Below, piece by piece: positions 25,341-38,617 of a stretch of DNA of 64,000 bases. The translations under genes were made by a program, and so were the position numbers. This DNA comes from Laetmonice hystrix (Eukaryota). The notes under the pieces are model-generated. The model worked only from the letters and a program-made list of their open reading frames with translations, did not search any database and had not been told where the DNA came from. Position 1 is the first letter of the stretch, and each line of letters starts with the position of its first letter. The stretch spans positions 31,496,001 through 31,560,000 of the forward strand of contig OZ249441.1 in assembly GCA_965235115.1 (NCBI GenBank), in the 5' to 3' direction.

Positions 25341-27109
25341 TTTCCAGGTCAAGAAATATCTGAGAAAACGAACAATCAATGGCAGTAAAATCGTTCATCA
25401 AAACAAAGACTTTATATAAATGTGTCAGTGTGAGCTCTACTTTTCCAGTCACAAAGAAACTTGCTCGAAGATGAAGAACTAAGTAGTAGACGCGCAAATG
25501 TAATTGCTGACGCCTACACCTTCATGACAATCTATGAAACAAAAAACCATTATAATTTCGCTGCTATCCATCTTCTTCCCCGCGGGACAAAGGACGTTTA
25601 CGTAATGAGCGGTTCCATCCTGCAATCTTGAATTAGGGTTTAGTTTTCAAAAGGTGATCCCAGACCAAGGCACATAATGGACACGCGGTCAATACATGCA
25701 CTTGTCTCAACACCATGAAAATAACCGACTAAAATTAGAAACATCACAGATGTACGAAAGTTTCGAACCAACATTTACTATCATAGCGATAGAGGGTAAT
25801 CATTTAACAAGATAAGAATCACGCAAAGTTAACACGCACATATTTGGACGCCAGAATGCTACTCTCATCCTCAGGCCAATGGTATTCACGAGACATAAAT
25901 TCTTTCTATTATCATAATGATGATAAGGAGGATATCAAGATGATGGATATGAGATTAATAGAGCGCAACCCTGCGATCATTCACAAGAAATATAGATGTG
26001 AGTCGATAACCCTGACATCGACAGGAAATTCCCCACCGATTGACAAGGGTTCCTTTAATATGCTCAGTAACGGAGCACTCGAGAGGGTCAATGTGTGAAA
26101 GGACAAATGTGCGACACCATACTGAGATGATCTTCCGACGTTCAATCCCTTCCTCACACCAGCCCTCGCCCCACTCGTCACCTCTCATTCACAGCCAGGA
26201 ATAGCGGATCAGGCCCTTCCCAGGCCAAGGAGACTATAAATACTACGTCAATCATAAACTCCATTAACAGAAATGAGTTTTAATTAAGAATTTTAATGAT
26301 GCCCCCTTTTTAAAATGACAAAAAAACGAACATAAGCATACGTTATGGATTTTACCCAGTGTTCGCACTGGTTATAGTAGTTCTTAATCTAATACCAGGG
26401 GAACCTTTCCGTTCACATCCCTGCAGATTTTACCGACACTGATTTTCTTTAACGAAAACCAGAGACACTTGGGACTCATACCATAGTGGACTTTTGACAA
26501 TAGACACACATACATCAATTAGTTAATGAGAAACGATCAAATACATTCTATTATTGCCCATTGCAGAGTCCCCTTGAATGGTTCCAATACGTGTCTAAGT
26601 GACCAATGCCTGCACATTACCAGGCACATATTCTCTATTCTGTATAAATTGCTCAAGGCAGCATTCCATTGGTGTCAATCCAGGCTAACAGCGACTGCCT
26701 CTGTCTAGAATTGGTACCCGACTACCCTTAACAGAACCACCGTCCCAGATCTACAAAGGGAATGGACCTCAACCGAACAGGCACAGATCACCCAAGGCAA
26801 TTACATTCAGTCTAGCCCAGTTCAGCCACTGGGGCATGGTAAAAATATGGGCTTTAATTCCCTAATGAAGTTGTGTGCTTGCTCCAGTAGAATGATTTAG
26901 TCGTGTATGGGGTACGGTCATAGATTTGGCTATTCGTACCCCCGTCCGATACATCCCCTAACACGCAAGCCTCAAATAGGGGACTGTTGCCAGCACTACA
27001 TCACAGTCTATCATCTTATGGGAAATTGCCGTAACCTCTCGGTTGAAGGACTGATCATTATGTCAAGCCCAGCTCCATGCTCAAATCCGCTGAACTGGCC
27101 ACCACGGTT

Positions 27110-30010
27110 ATCCTATTTCTTTCTCAGATGCAGTTTGGGGTTGACCAGCCCCTCCCTATGATTCTCCGTCAACTGGAGTCCATCATGTGAAAGATTATGA
27201 GAGGACAGGCAGACTGTGCGGCTATATGGGGCCCTCGACCTCATAATCTGAGCGCTAGCAGTGACAGTAAAAAGTGGGTTAAAGGATAACTGCTCATCCA
27301 GCTCGTCAAACTGATACTTGTTTGGGTCATCAACCACATCTGCGTGGTCAATAGTCAATGTGGCAACCTGCCAGGGACGATTGACGACCTCCCGGCCCTG
27401 GGACCCAACATTTTTGGATTCCTCCTTCATGCCTGACACACTTGTTCACGCTAGGTGTTGCGAGGAAATTAAAGATGACAGAAGTTAATGTATCACTTTA
27501 TGTTGAAGATTCGGGAAGTCTTGAGCAAGAAAGAAGTCTAAAAAAATCACCGAAATTATTCCCGTCTCTAAGTTGCATGCAAAAGTGGAGACTTCTCGCC
27601 TTCGAACTTCACGAAAACAAGACATGACCTTGTTCCCTGACTTCTCAGATTTCAAACAACATAACAACAACAAGAACACCGTTGTTTAATTTTCATAAAA
27701 CACAAACCTGACGTCTGAGGCTACCACGGCATTTTTCAAGTTATAATATGCCCTGAACTACTGTTTATGCAAAACGTCTTCCGCGCACAATCGATTGCAG
27801 ATCAAGCCAATATTGGCCTCTTCATGTGATAAGACCATATGGATCAGGAAGGCGGAGTAGATTTCCCCTGGCCAATATTAAGCATGGGTTCATCATTCAT
27901 GGGAGCTGTGCAACGGAAACGATAAAGTGGCATACTCCTGGACAGTTCTATTATCCATTCAGACACCTATGCTTTATTAACTATATATTTCACGACGTCC
28001 TCGGGCCGCCACTGACTACCAATCTATTATGCAGCCCGTACTTTACCCGTCGAGAGCACTGAGACCTGAGGGCGCTACTAATATTACCTTGTCCTTACAT
28101 TAGACACCCAGAGAACCGCCTGCTCCTTCTGGCACTATAAAGAATAGTGATGGCCTGCCTGGGTGACATAATGAGTGACCTGTACAGCCTTTCAGCCTGT
28201 CATAAATTGCTGCTTTCAATTTGATCAGGGTGATCTGCCAAGCGCTACGCTTCATGACAGCCAACACAAACATCAGAATGTTCCCATCAACAATGCACTA
28301 GAATTCCATCAAGCATCTCTTCAAGCAGCACTGATGTCACACTCATGCTCGAGCACCGCTTTTTAAAATGGTGCCTTTTTACATCACAATGACATCAAGA
28401 GGGTAAGACTTGCCGGCTGAAAGTAGGTCATCTTTTCCAAAGCCGACCTGCACAGGCTGGCAGGTAGTGGACGTCCTGGAAGATTTGGGAGCTGGAGTAG
28501 TAGGCTTAATCTACCATAAATCCTTAATGTAATCCAGTAAAGCTGCGGGCAGGGCCCTGGTTCCAATAGCCAGACAGTCTTGGGCTGACCTCTCCGTTCT
28601 TGCCTCCATAAATAAAAAGGAGGGACTGGCCCCACTGAGGCCTGCCGTCTGTTCACGTAGCCCATGCCAGAATAATATTGGACAATAACAGCCACAGTCC
28701 CAGAAAAAATAACACACCGCACGGATAGAATAAGCAGGAAGGAATGACTTATTATAGAAAGACATCTATACAAACAGGACCAAATACATTGTCCACATCC
28801 CAGCATCTGCAGGGTGGCATCCCAGATTTTGGTTGGCTCACGTAAGATAAATATGTGGCGGACCGCACTGGTATCATCCAACGTAAGTAGAACCAGTACT
28901 TTCAGCACATGAAACCAAGATTGATGCTGGCCAGTAAAGGTCAAGTGCATGCTCGCTCCGACATCATAAATACTGGCAATATGACTTGACCTCTGACCTG
29001 GCGGCTTTATGGAAGCTTGAAGGCATTCCATTTAATCTCACCCAATCACCAAGAAGATGTGGTTTGGTCGGATGTTCACTCAGTGGCCAACTAGTATATG
29101 CCACCATCTTGGCAACACCTACACAGCTTCGTCGGGTATACTACGATGGCATACCCTTCTGTACTGCCACGCATCACTTTCAAATACCGTAAGAGTGCAA
29201 GGTGTAACCCACATAGCAGTCGTACTGCACAGCTTGTGATGTGGGCTTTCGCTGCTAAATAATAAAATGTGCACATTATAAAACCATTTAAAGTGTGCAC
29301 GACATGGTTTCATTGTCACCATACTCCGCTGAACATGGGTTCTTCTAAGCTTCCTGATAATACCAATAATCCTTGCCAGCAAAATGTACAAATTTGTATG
29401 TATGACGAGGCATATTCCGCACTACTTCTCAAAACCAGATGCTCATTACTGACGAGGAGGCATTGCCATACTGCACTGCACATCTCTTGCATAGTAAGTG
29501 GAATCTGATTTAGGATACATCAGATTCATCTTGCTATTCCAGACATGTCTCCTCTCAGCGATTAGAACAACGTACGCCAGTTATGATCAGTAGTTTCAAG
29601 CTAACACAGTTTCAGACTTATTCTGACCTTACGATTTAGGAGAGATCACGCCATAGAAGAACTGACTTCTGCACAGGTTTGCCCATTCGTCGATGAGTTA
29701 CAACTTAAAGACTAAAGGTGACATCATTTGCGCTGCCGGCTGCTTGGCCATATCTTCCTGTGATATATCACGAAAAAGACCACACTGCCGTGTAGCGACA
29801 GCAACTGACCAAACACAGGAACCTGCTCCTACTGAAATGTTTACGGTACAATAACGAAATGGGAGGTCGTAAATTCTCATTCTTTCACCCAAACTGCAGC
29901 CCTTAACAACGGCGATTTTGAAAACAAGAAAACAACCATCTTGTTTATACGTGTGTCCATTATTTAGGGTTACTGATCTGCTATCACATGGTTTCAGAAG
30001 CCCACCTCGG
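27110..30010 (-). mobile_element. Decayed DIRS1-like retrotransposon: RT, RNase H, methyltransferase-like domain, tyrosine recombinase
   Basis: Minus-strand motif order: LLKPCD..KQDGCF (29929), IYDLPF (29857), VATRQCGL...EDM (29749), MN..PKS, LLARIIG, EAV*VLPRWW, SHI..., VLV..DDTSAV (28862), CIWSCL...SH, PPFYL...VWLLEP..PQLYW (28608), DDLLS, EPML..QG..PP..W, TTVFLLLL..KSE (27662), SLTSWM, PHIAAQSA, GWSTPN (27133). The order matches DIRS1 pol+YR throughout, with many stops and frameshifts. Confidence 0.7.
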
Positions 30011-31380
30011 TTACCTAGTTGTTAACCCAACCCCTATACTGTAAGCTAATCGTACTAACCAGTCTGAAAGTACATTCTTAAACTGAACGACCATTTGTGA
30101 TTATTGCCACGGGTATTAGGGCACTATCAGTTGACCAACAACAACAGTCAACCAGACTTGTTAATTTTAATTTACCTTTTTTACAACTGTGCACCCCTGG
30201 TCAAATTTATCGCTAGCTAGAATCTAATACTAATTTATGTCATCTACATGAAACACGATTGGATAGAGCCGTGGAATCACAGCATTATCTTAGCTCTATG
30301 TTTCCTCCATGTATAGATATATTATAAAGGATTCGTATTAAATCTAAAATATTCACAGGATAACATCATAAAGAATTCCAGGATAACTTCCTTCATATGA
30401 CAAATTCACATTATCGGCTACACGCCCACCATTTTTTCACGTAAGACAGACTAAACAAAACAAGAATTATTCCTCGTGCATGAGCAAAAATAAGGCCCAA
30501 TCTTGGCAGCGCTTGCACCAGTTATGTGAATCATTTGAATCAAGGCATGGCATTTTCCCAGGCAACCACAGGAAGCATGAATTCGAACCACATTTCCAAA
30601 AAACAGGCTAATGTTGCTGATGGAATCTGAATCTATCTGAGAAGAAAAGGCACAAGGTTCTGCCTAATATCACATCGATAAACACGTTATAGACGAGACC
30701 ACAATAAAACCATCGGTTCCCAGTGGCGGAGCTGGGCCTTCAATGATGTATCGTCTTGTTTCCGGATCTGGACCGTTCGTATCAGCGGTCATTATAACAC
30801 ACATGATGGTACTTAGAGTAAAGAGAGCAGGCCGACATGAGAGAGTGCCTAGCTGGAGTCTTCCAAGGCATCATGTAACCAAGGTTAGAGACCCCGTGGA
30901 TGAAATCTGATAGCTGTGATCGGAGTGCATGGCTGTCGTTAGGGCGCGACATACTGTCACCATGCAGCTGCCCTGGCTGGCGGCCCATGGCCTCCGGCTC
31001 CTATCTTCTCTCTCTCCCGTCAATTATAACAAACCCTTGGCATTCAAACTAACCGCTGCAAACTTCCATCCTCGGTGCAAATATTACTGTATCATTCTCT
31101 TCTACTTTTATCCCATCAATATATCAATGAATATATCAATGTGGGTAAGGTAAAGCCTATATAACTTGATACTGAGACGTTTCAATGCTATTTTCACGGA
31201 ATTTTCAAGGTCATTAATGACAAGAGAATGGCAATCGTGATAGGTTAGAGGACGGAGGTCGGGTTGGAGCGAATGACGGACAATGAAGGTCATTGAAAAT
31301 GTACTGTAACAAAAAAAAAAGAAACTGGTCTTAGTGACGGTGTTTGAATCTGGCGTCTGGATAACACACGATAATTAAAA

Positions 31381-31585
31381 GGGTGAATCTACTAGGCAAT
31401 TTTCCTTGCGACGGCCATACGACTTTTGGAAGTAGAATTTCACTCCGTAATTTTTCTGGTTGGCCTTCCCTGTTTCTGGAAATGTGTTTCATTATTTAAT
31501 CTCAAAATCGCAGTAAAATATAAGGGTGGTGTTAAAATTGCATGGACGTCGCGAGGAGAATCGCCTTAGCGAATTCACTTCACCC
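31381..31585. mobile_element. Degenerate MITE-like element with about 32-bp imperfect TIRs
   Basis: GTGAATCTACTAGGCAATTTTCCTTGCGACG vs reverse complement GTGAATTCGCTAAGGCGATTCTCCTCGCGACG. No clear target-site duplication. Confidence 0.45.
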
Positions 31586-31960
31586 ATTGAGAGCCAACTG
31601 ATTTGGAACCGTGCCACAGAATGAGCCCACTGACGGGGAACGGGTTGTATTGCTACATCGCGACGAGCCGCGCCACACTTATCGTCACACCCTCACCTCT
31701 CCAAGTGGACACACCATCCGAAACCATCGACTCTTCGTACTGTCAGATTGTCAACAGCGTCTGTTTCCAGACTACGACCGAACGTGAGACCGGTGGCTCG
31801 CAGTTCCCTACATTAATATTGCTTATTACTTTATACATCTCCTCGGAGTCGGGGACCCAAAAAGGGTACCGTGTCTTGCACCATGCAGTTTAGCCAATAC
31901 GACAATCAACCCAAAACGGTATTGTACGAAATGGCAGGTCCCAAAAGCTCAAAGATCTGT

Positions 31961-32320
31961 TCATTTATGGCAGTGGTGATCTAGGGGAAAGTGGTACCGG
32001 GGAAATTTATAGAGTTCACTTTCTTTAAATCGGATTTCGGAATTCTTTTTTAAAAGACGTATTTTGCACAAATCAGAAGCTTGGCATATAAAGTGATGCC
32101 CCTGACACGGATCTGTTAGGAATCGACGAGCCGTGCAGTCGTTCATCTGAAGGTTCCATCCGTTTGCCCATTCCACTCATACTCCTGGCATGAACGTCTC
32201 AGAAATCTGGACCACAGAGCCAGGCGTGCCAAAGTTCCTAAGGGTAATCTCCCCTACTGCTGCAGGACATTCCCTCATCTTATCCACCCTGACCCTGTCG
32301 TGAACCACAAAACGCCCTTT
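31961..32320 (-). mobile_element. Decayed LINE RT fragment
   Basis: CGSRQG upstream, then VEWANGWNLQMNDCTARRF (L..W...W.M.FN..KC-like) and ESELYKF (KYLG region). Confidence 0.33.
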
Positions 32321-33759
32321 CTAGCTCCCCTCTAAATTGCATCAGGGACGAAGCTGGAAATCGGCGTTTTAATGCCGCGCTCTGTATTGGCGTGGCCAGT
32401 GTCTGGGCCCGGGTAGCCGGCCGCACAATGCTTCACACACCCTTGGTTGAATGTCAAACAGGTTGCGGAGGGGTAGACCTAACCACATTGCTCTGCTCCA
32501 TCACCTGCTACTTGTGACGCTAATGTACTTTATATGTCTCACCATCATCAACTCTAATATACCCTCGTCACTTGCTGGCCTTCCTCTTCTAACAGAAAGC
32601 GGCTGGCAACAGATACAGCCTCCAGTACACCATCACAATTCACATATACACGGCGCGTCACCTAAGGTTACCTATCCTTCTCGGAGTCCAACATATTGTA
32701 GCCAACATTAACATGACCATGTCAGCCGCTAAACGACACATTGTCAGTACGTGCATTAACAGGCAACATCCATTGAATCATATGGTGCACAGTGTTTGCC
32801 TAATGTACATCTTAAATATCACAGCTCTCACTGTTTAAATGGGGACATCAAACGCGTATGAAAAAAAAGTTACGATTCAGTGCTCAATTAGACGTGTTCA
32901 ATGAGCTAGTTTTAGTAAAGATGTAATTGGGAACATAATTACCTCCACAGTTTTCTTTGAAACAACATTTGATGTATCTTTTTTCAGCTGATATTTCATC
33001 ATATACCCTCTTGATGAAGGTGACTTTGAAAGAGACTAAGCGTTGATGAACCTCCTCTAGATCGAGAAGAAAATCGAAGACGCGAGGCCCTGAGCACTCC
33101 GGTTCAAACCCGCCCAGATACCGAGACGTCTCAACACGAACGGAAGATTATATAGCTCGGAGAACCTGACAATTTCTGTTCAATTTGTAGGGTGAAGTGT
33201 ACTCGGCAGACTGACTGCAGAACTGAAAGGGAAACATTTATCATTGAAAATCTCTATGCTATGTGCCTTGGTGATTGCACCATCTCCTGTCATGAATGGA
33301 AGAGTCGAAGGAGGGAATATTCTCTGGGGTCTGGAGCCTACATATCACTACAGTCGTGCCGTACACAATGTCTCACCAGCCATATTTGTGGCACCTTTCA
33401 ACATTCACAGTCACCTACTCTCGGCTAAGCATCAGCCAGGAAACGCCTGTGCAGACCCATCCACGTCTTAGCCACGATATATCACTTCCTGTTTTAGGAA
33501 GAGATACATTCTGTCTGAACAAACAAGATTCTTGATACACAATGTTTACATAAATGTGTAATGTTGAAAGGTTTCTTTATCTCCCATCAGACTGTGCCTT
33601 TCTAGTCTCCGATGACATGGACATTTAAGTGTATCTCTTCACTTAATGGGGTGGAATTGCGCCTAATTATACCATTATTTCCATTAGTTTAAAATAACCA
33701 GATAGTAAGAAGCACCGATATGAAATGCTGAAATCAATACTAATTTCACAATTCTTTGA

Positions 33760-33975
33760 ATACAATCCCAGATGTTGAATGCCCATGGCCTGACCTAACT
33801 AGAATGCGCCTGTCGAGGCATTAACTACATATATTATTCAATACATTTAATCACAACTGTTGTTGAATGCCGTCAAACATCATCCATAACATGCTATGAG
33901 ACTGCTCCAGTAATAATTCATCAAAAGGTTTTGTAAGGATAAGAACAGCTGCTGAGAACGAGCGATTCATTGAGA
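33760..33975 (-). mobile_element. Decayed LINE RT fragment (domains 3-4)
   Basis: Single frame AAVLILTKPFD...HSML...DGIQ...L...*CLDRRILVRSG..ST, resembling DL.KAFD..H..L..YGI...L.DR.Q.V..G..S. Confidence 0.42.
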
Positions 33976-34411
33976 ATGCATCAGTTAAACCCTCCAAATA
34001 AAATTTAATATTTTCTTTCTTATTCCTCCCAAAATAATATCAGTCAGATTTGGCCTTCTCATGTAGACGAAAAGTCAATTGTAATATATAATGGAACTAT
34101 TTCCATCATGGAGTTCAGAGGTTTGTTCAGAGGTCAGTCACTGCCCGCAGCACGTATAGCTTTACCGCTACATATTGGGTACATTGCAACTTTCCCTTCG
34201 ATATAGTCATCTCAAAACCGATATACACATAGCACATATTAAGCCGAGCACTCTTTAATACTGATAATAACTTTAGTATGCTATCAATGTGTAAATCAAT
34301 AATTAGCAATTTCCATTAGCTTTTCAAATGGTCAAATCTCACACATGACCACTCTCAAAATGAAGCAACCCTGATGCACGGCAATATCATCTGAACATGG
34401 TATTCAATTGG

Positions 34412-34455
34412 AAACTGTACACCTAATTATCCTAAACTGTACACCTAATTATCCT
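34412..34455. repeat. Perfect 22-bp tandem duplication
   Basis: AAACTGTACACCTAATTATCCT x2. Confidence 0.92.
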
Positions 34456-34940
34456 ATGTGTTAAATTGCATTTGAGGTTCACATTTCATAAATATAATGC
34501 ACATAGTGCACATATAATGCAGGAACACTATTTATGCCATGATCTATGCAGTGATCAAAAGTTTAACAATACCTGACAATCCATTTCAATCACTTTATTT
34601 TCTCAGTGGTGACCAAATACCAAAAGCCCAATCAAACGTGAAACGCCCGTAAATATCAACACAATACGATCACCAGAAACAGCCGACTGGAAACATTCCA
34701 AGAATAATTATCAAACTAATGAGTTAGTTACTAATGCGCCCGATCACAGTTGGACTTTAAGCACATCAAAGACAAAAACTGGCTCATCTGTTGCCATGCC
34801 AACCGGACAACGAAGATGTTCTTGTCTTTTATTAAATGAGGGCATTTATTTACTTGTCACAGATCTCATATGAGGTGGGCATGTGAATTGAACTTTTCAA
34901 ATGACCTCACCCACTACTGAGCAATACATAAGTGAACATT

Positions 34941-35126
34941 GCAACTGTAAATTCCTGTTAGAAACTGACTACTGAGCTGAGCTCTCGAGCAACGGGCTTG
35001 AGAACTGTGCATTCCTGTTAGAAACTGACTGCTGAGCTCAGCTCTCGAGCAACAGGCTTGATAACTGTAAATTCCTGTCAGAAACTGACTGCTGAGCTCA
35101 GCTCTCGACCAACAGACTTTATAACT
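34941..35126. repeat. 60-bp minisatellite, about 3.1 copies
   Basis: Unit GTAAATTCCTGTTAGAAACTGACT(A/G)CTGAGCT(G/C)AGCTCTCGAGCAAC(G/A)GGCTTGA(G/T)AACT starting at 34947, 35007 and 35067. Confidence 0.92.
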
Positions 35127-35399
35127 GCCGGTTGGCAGTAACAAATACCCGGTACAAGGGTCAAGCTCCCGGGGAGAGGGCTTTGGCGGACAATCACCAT
35201 TAGTGAGTGGTCCATCTCCTGTCATCCACAGCGATTATCTAGCTTGCTATATACATTGTTACTGATAGCAGTTATACATTATTAGTTTCCGACTCATCTA
35301 CCTATTTCTAGGAATAAATTTTTTTCCAATGTATAATTCAATGTAATCCAATGTATCAATCAGGCATGGCATTTTATTTTGGTCGATTTAAATATTTAA

Positions 35400-35710
35400 A
35401 AAAGAAAGCATTCGAATTGGTATTGACAAGGCATAATGATATTTATCATTGAACAATTTCATGGCAAACAGTGCTAGCACTATTACTGTTTGTCAGCAGC
35501 CTCCGCACACTGATATTAACATGCTCGCAATGCCTGCCCATTACTGACAGTGATAATCTAGTGATCACCGCCTCAATCCACACCGACGCTGACGGTTTTC
35601 TGTAACAGCACCATTTCCAGAAGCCGACAGAAACCCTAATGTCACCTTTACAACGCCCACTGACTCTTACCAGTAATATCACCAAGTGCCTCAGAGTTCT
35701 TGTCATCATG
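35400..35710 (+). mobile_element. Possible decayed LINE RT fragment
   Basis: Single frame KKKAFELV...VLALLLFV...DSDNLVIT...NITKCLRVLVI. KAF-to-LF spacing is too short, so an internal deletion would be needed. Confidence 0.28.
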
Positions 35711-38425
35711 GCGGGCAGGTTTCATACTGATACGCTACCAGGTCATCCGTCTGGCATATTTCACTTCGATTATGTGCAACGATGATGGTGAAGGGGAAGC
35801 TCTCAATTGTTCTACACGGTATCTTAGAAGATCGAAACAACCATAATACAGGGTGCCCGCCAAAAATTGCACAACCATATTTGCACACCTGTCACATTTG
35901 CGTGCTTCATACTATGATATAAATGTTAGGGATTGTTTTTCAAGAATAATGGTCTTTATTTCATCCTGATTGGTCAATGCATTCATGAATTAAGTTACTT
36001 TTTGATCATCAAAGTCATGCCTCTGAATGGCACTGCAGGCAGCGTGATGTGTAATCCTCATAGACATCACGCTGCTTGACATAATTCATGAATGCATTGA
36101 TCAATCAGGATAAGACCAATATTTGTGAAAAAAGATTTCCTATCACATTATGTGACGCTCGCAAATGTGACAGGTGTGCCAATATGGTTGTGCATTGTTT
36201 TGGAGACACCCTGTATAGGACCAGGATAAACCTAGTAAACGCCACAAAGGGCGGTATCACTGTGAGGAGCTGGAAGTAGTCTATGAAAGGGGTATAATGA
36301 GATCTAGAGAATGGAAGTGCCATGATGAGCTCTAGAGACAGGAAATGGCCTGGTGGTACACATCACGGGTACATCAGTATCAAACCAATCCCAGTCTCTA
36401 ACATGCTACACATCAGCAATGTCAATTTTTATTTGATCTGATTCTTATAAAAAGCTGGAAGCTGCTGCCCGGCAAAGTGCATGTTTCGATAATTTTAAAG
36501 GTTTCACGGCATGGAGACCCCCCCCCCCCAAGTTTTTTTAAATAACTAACCTATTCTGTACCGTCAGTTTTAACACAAAGTGATGGTAACCAAGGGAGCA
36601 GAAAGATCTCTAAGGATGTCACAATGAGGCCTGGTGGCGCAGAACTGGGGGTGGGTGCCCTCAGACTGTAGGAATTATGCCTTTCCTGGTCGTATTCAAA
36701 CTGATGTGGCTGAAGGGGCAAGTAAAAAAAGGACGTCTGGCGTCTAAGTATATGCCGAGTGAAACCATAATGTTACAGGAGGCTTATGTTCGAACAGGCG
36801 CATCTCAACAGGTCTAGACCTGTCACCTGCATGATGTTTAGGACAACTAGGTTTGGTTACTTATCTTGTGTTCATTCTCACACAAAGGACATTGTCGGCT
36901 AAAATGTATTATACTGGAAGGCTTGAGGCAGGTGCAGTCGCTGTGTGTGTCTGCTCATTAACATTGGCCTCGAGAGGATTTCCATGATAACCCAAAGGCA
37001 GGCAGTGGTGATGTTGGCCCGGTACTCGCACATGCCCCACCTGCCCACAAATATGCCGTCAATTCAGATCGTGTCGGCCAAACCATGAGGGAATGCCTAC
37101 ATTGGGACATCCCTACAAAATACCCCATAACCCATACATATCCACCTGAACTACTCCCTCAAGGCCGGGTCTGAACGGGAGGCGCCTGGCTCTCCCTCCT
37201 ATCAAACCACCATCTTGAGAAGCTACAGCAATATTGGTTCGCGTGTGAGGCATTAATTCGACAAAGTATTATGTTTCCGGGGGTTCCCTTATACATCATT
37301 AGGCATCAAAGGAAGTTGAACATAACAAGTTGTTTCTCCAGCCCCTGTCAGCCAACAGATCAACCCCATCACCTCTACTTCCTCTGCAACATGCCGACGC
37401 AGCGTAATATTTCGGTGAGCCAAATGCCAGGAAGTCATTGACTTCCACATTCCCCAGCTCCCTCATCCCACGGAAAGCTCTCAATGGCAGCGGGCAGCTA
37501 TTATGCATGACCCATCAGTCATTGGGAAAACACATTGAAAGTGACAATTTGGTGCTGACAGATGAACGCGTAAGGCAAACAAGGAACCCTTGCAGCAGAG
37601 AAGTGGAGCTAAGGTGTAATTATACCACGATCCATAATGCCACACACCCTGACTCCATCGCCCCAAGGCCGGCCCACTAATGTGCCAATTTGCGAGCAAG
37701 CAAGCAGTTTGGCCGAAATGTTTCTGTCGCCTTGTTTGTTGTCGGGATGTGACGGGTATGAGTTTAGTAAGACGGCTGTGGCGTACAATACTGCGAGCGG
37801 TGTACATCTGACAGGTGTGATTGATTGGAGGCCAGCTGCCACCTGATGGCAGGTCCACGTCGTCCACTGACCAGCGAGCACCAATGATTTACTAGTCTTC
37901 CCGGATCGTACCCTTAATACTGCACTACGGCGATAGGGAGCACTATACCCACACCCCTCTATCCTAATGCATTTAATTATTAAGCAGGTACTTTCGTAGC
38001 CTAGCAGTTTCTCGCCTTTCCTTTGATTAAACCGCTCACTGGCATTTAAAGTATACCGTTGTACAGATTCAAGATCGATCGTATCACAGTTGAAACAGCG
38101 GCTACCTTCAGGGTTAATCGTATATCACCAGGGTAAAGGAGCCTTGTGTCTAGGTTTTATTTTGAGTACAAATGCCCTATAAGTGTGTTTTAAAATACAT
38201 GTGTATTCTTCTATTTGTGATAAATGTTGTTCTTGTTTCTTAATTTGTGATCTTTAAGCTGCCTGAAAAGTACTTCTTGTTCTCTATTATTGAATTAATC
38301 AATCAAAGCAATGGTGGGGTTTCACTTTGTAAACCCCAAAAACAAGCAAAACAGTCGCCTAAATCATCCTGACCGCACGGACCGTGTCTTGTTTTTGCTG
38401 CGGCTATCCTCAGCGCTGTGATTAC

Positions 38426-38532
38426 CCCTGAGCTCCAGACATTGGGAGTGTAGCGCTGCTGTTCCCGCCCCTCTGGTCCCTTTCCACGCAGTCTGCCTGT
38501 TGCAGTGTTCTGCACTGCTGCAGCAGCGCCCG

Positions 38533-38563
<31 letters not shown>

Positions 38564-38617
38564 TGGCGGGCAGCACCGCGCCGAAGGAGGAGAGGGGGTG
38601 GAGGACCGGCTGCTCAT
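38426..38617 (-). CDS. Candidate first coding exon with signal peptide (secreted or membrane protein, unidentified)
   Basis: ATG at 38617 gives MSSRSSTPSPPSARCCPP-L10-PGAAAAVQNTATGRLRG..., in a GC-rich patch. Candidate donor G|GTAATC after exactly 64 codons. No downstream exons identified, so this could be an incidental CTG microsatellite. Confidence 0.3.
38534..38560. repeat. (CAG)9 microsatellite
   Basis: Nine contiguous CAG, with further CTG/CAG triplets just upstream. Confidence 0.95.

Noticed and set aside
27113-27439. ORF-track peptide as a DIRS RNaseH/MT segment (RE..N..ID..D..F.ELD)
   Set aside because: Another minus frame gives YR box II strings (PHIAAQSA, GWSTPN) exactly where the upstream element predicts them, so this reading is probably coincidental.
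28467-28520. Kinase glycine-loop-like VLEDLGAGVVG on plus
   Set aside because: No other kinase motifs, and it lies antisense to the DIRS fossil.
33101-33111. Pol III B-box GGTTCAAACCC (tRNA or SINE)
   Set aside because: No convincing A-box or cloverleaf nearby.
34941-35126. CRISPR-like array
   Set aside because: The whole 60-bp unit is repeated, with no spacers.
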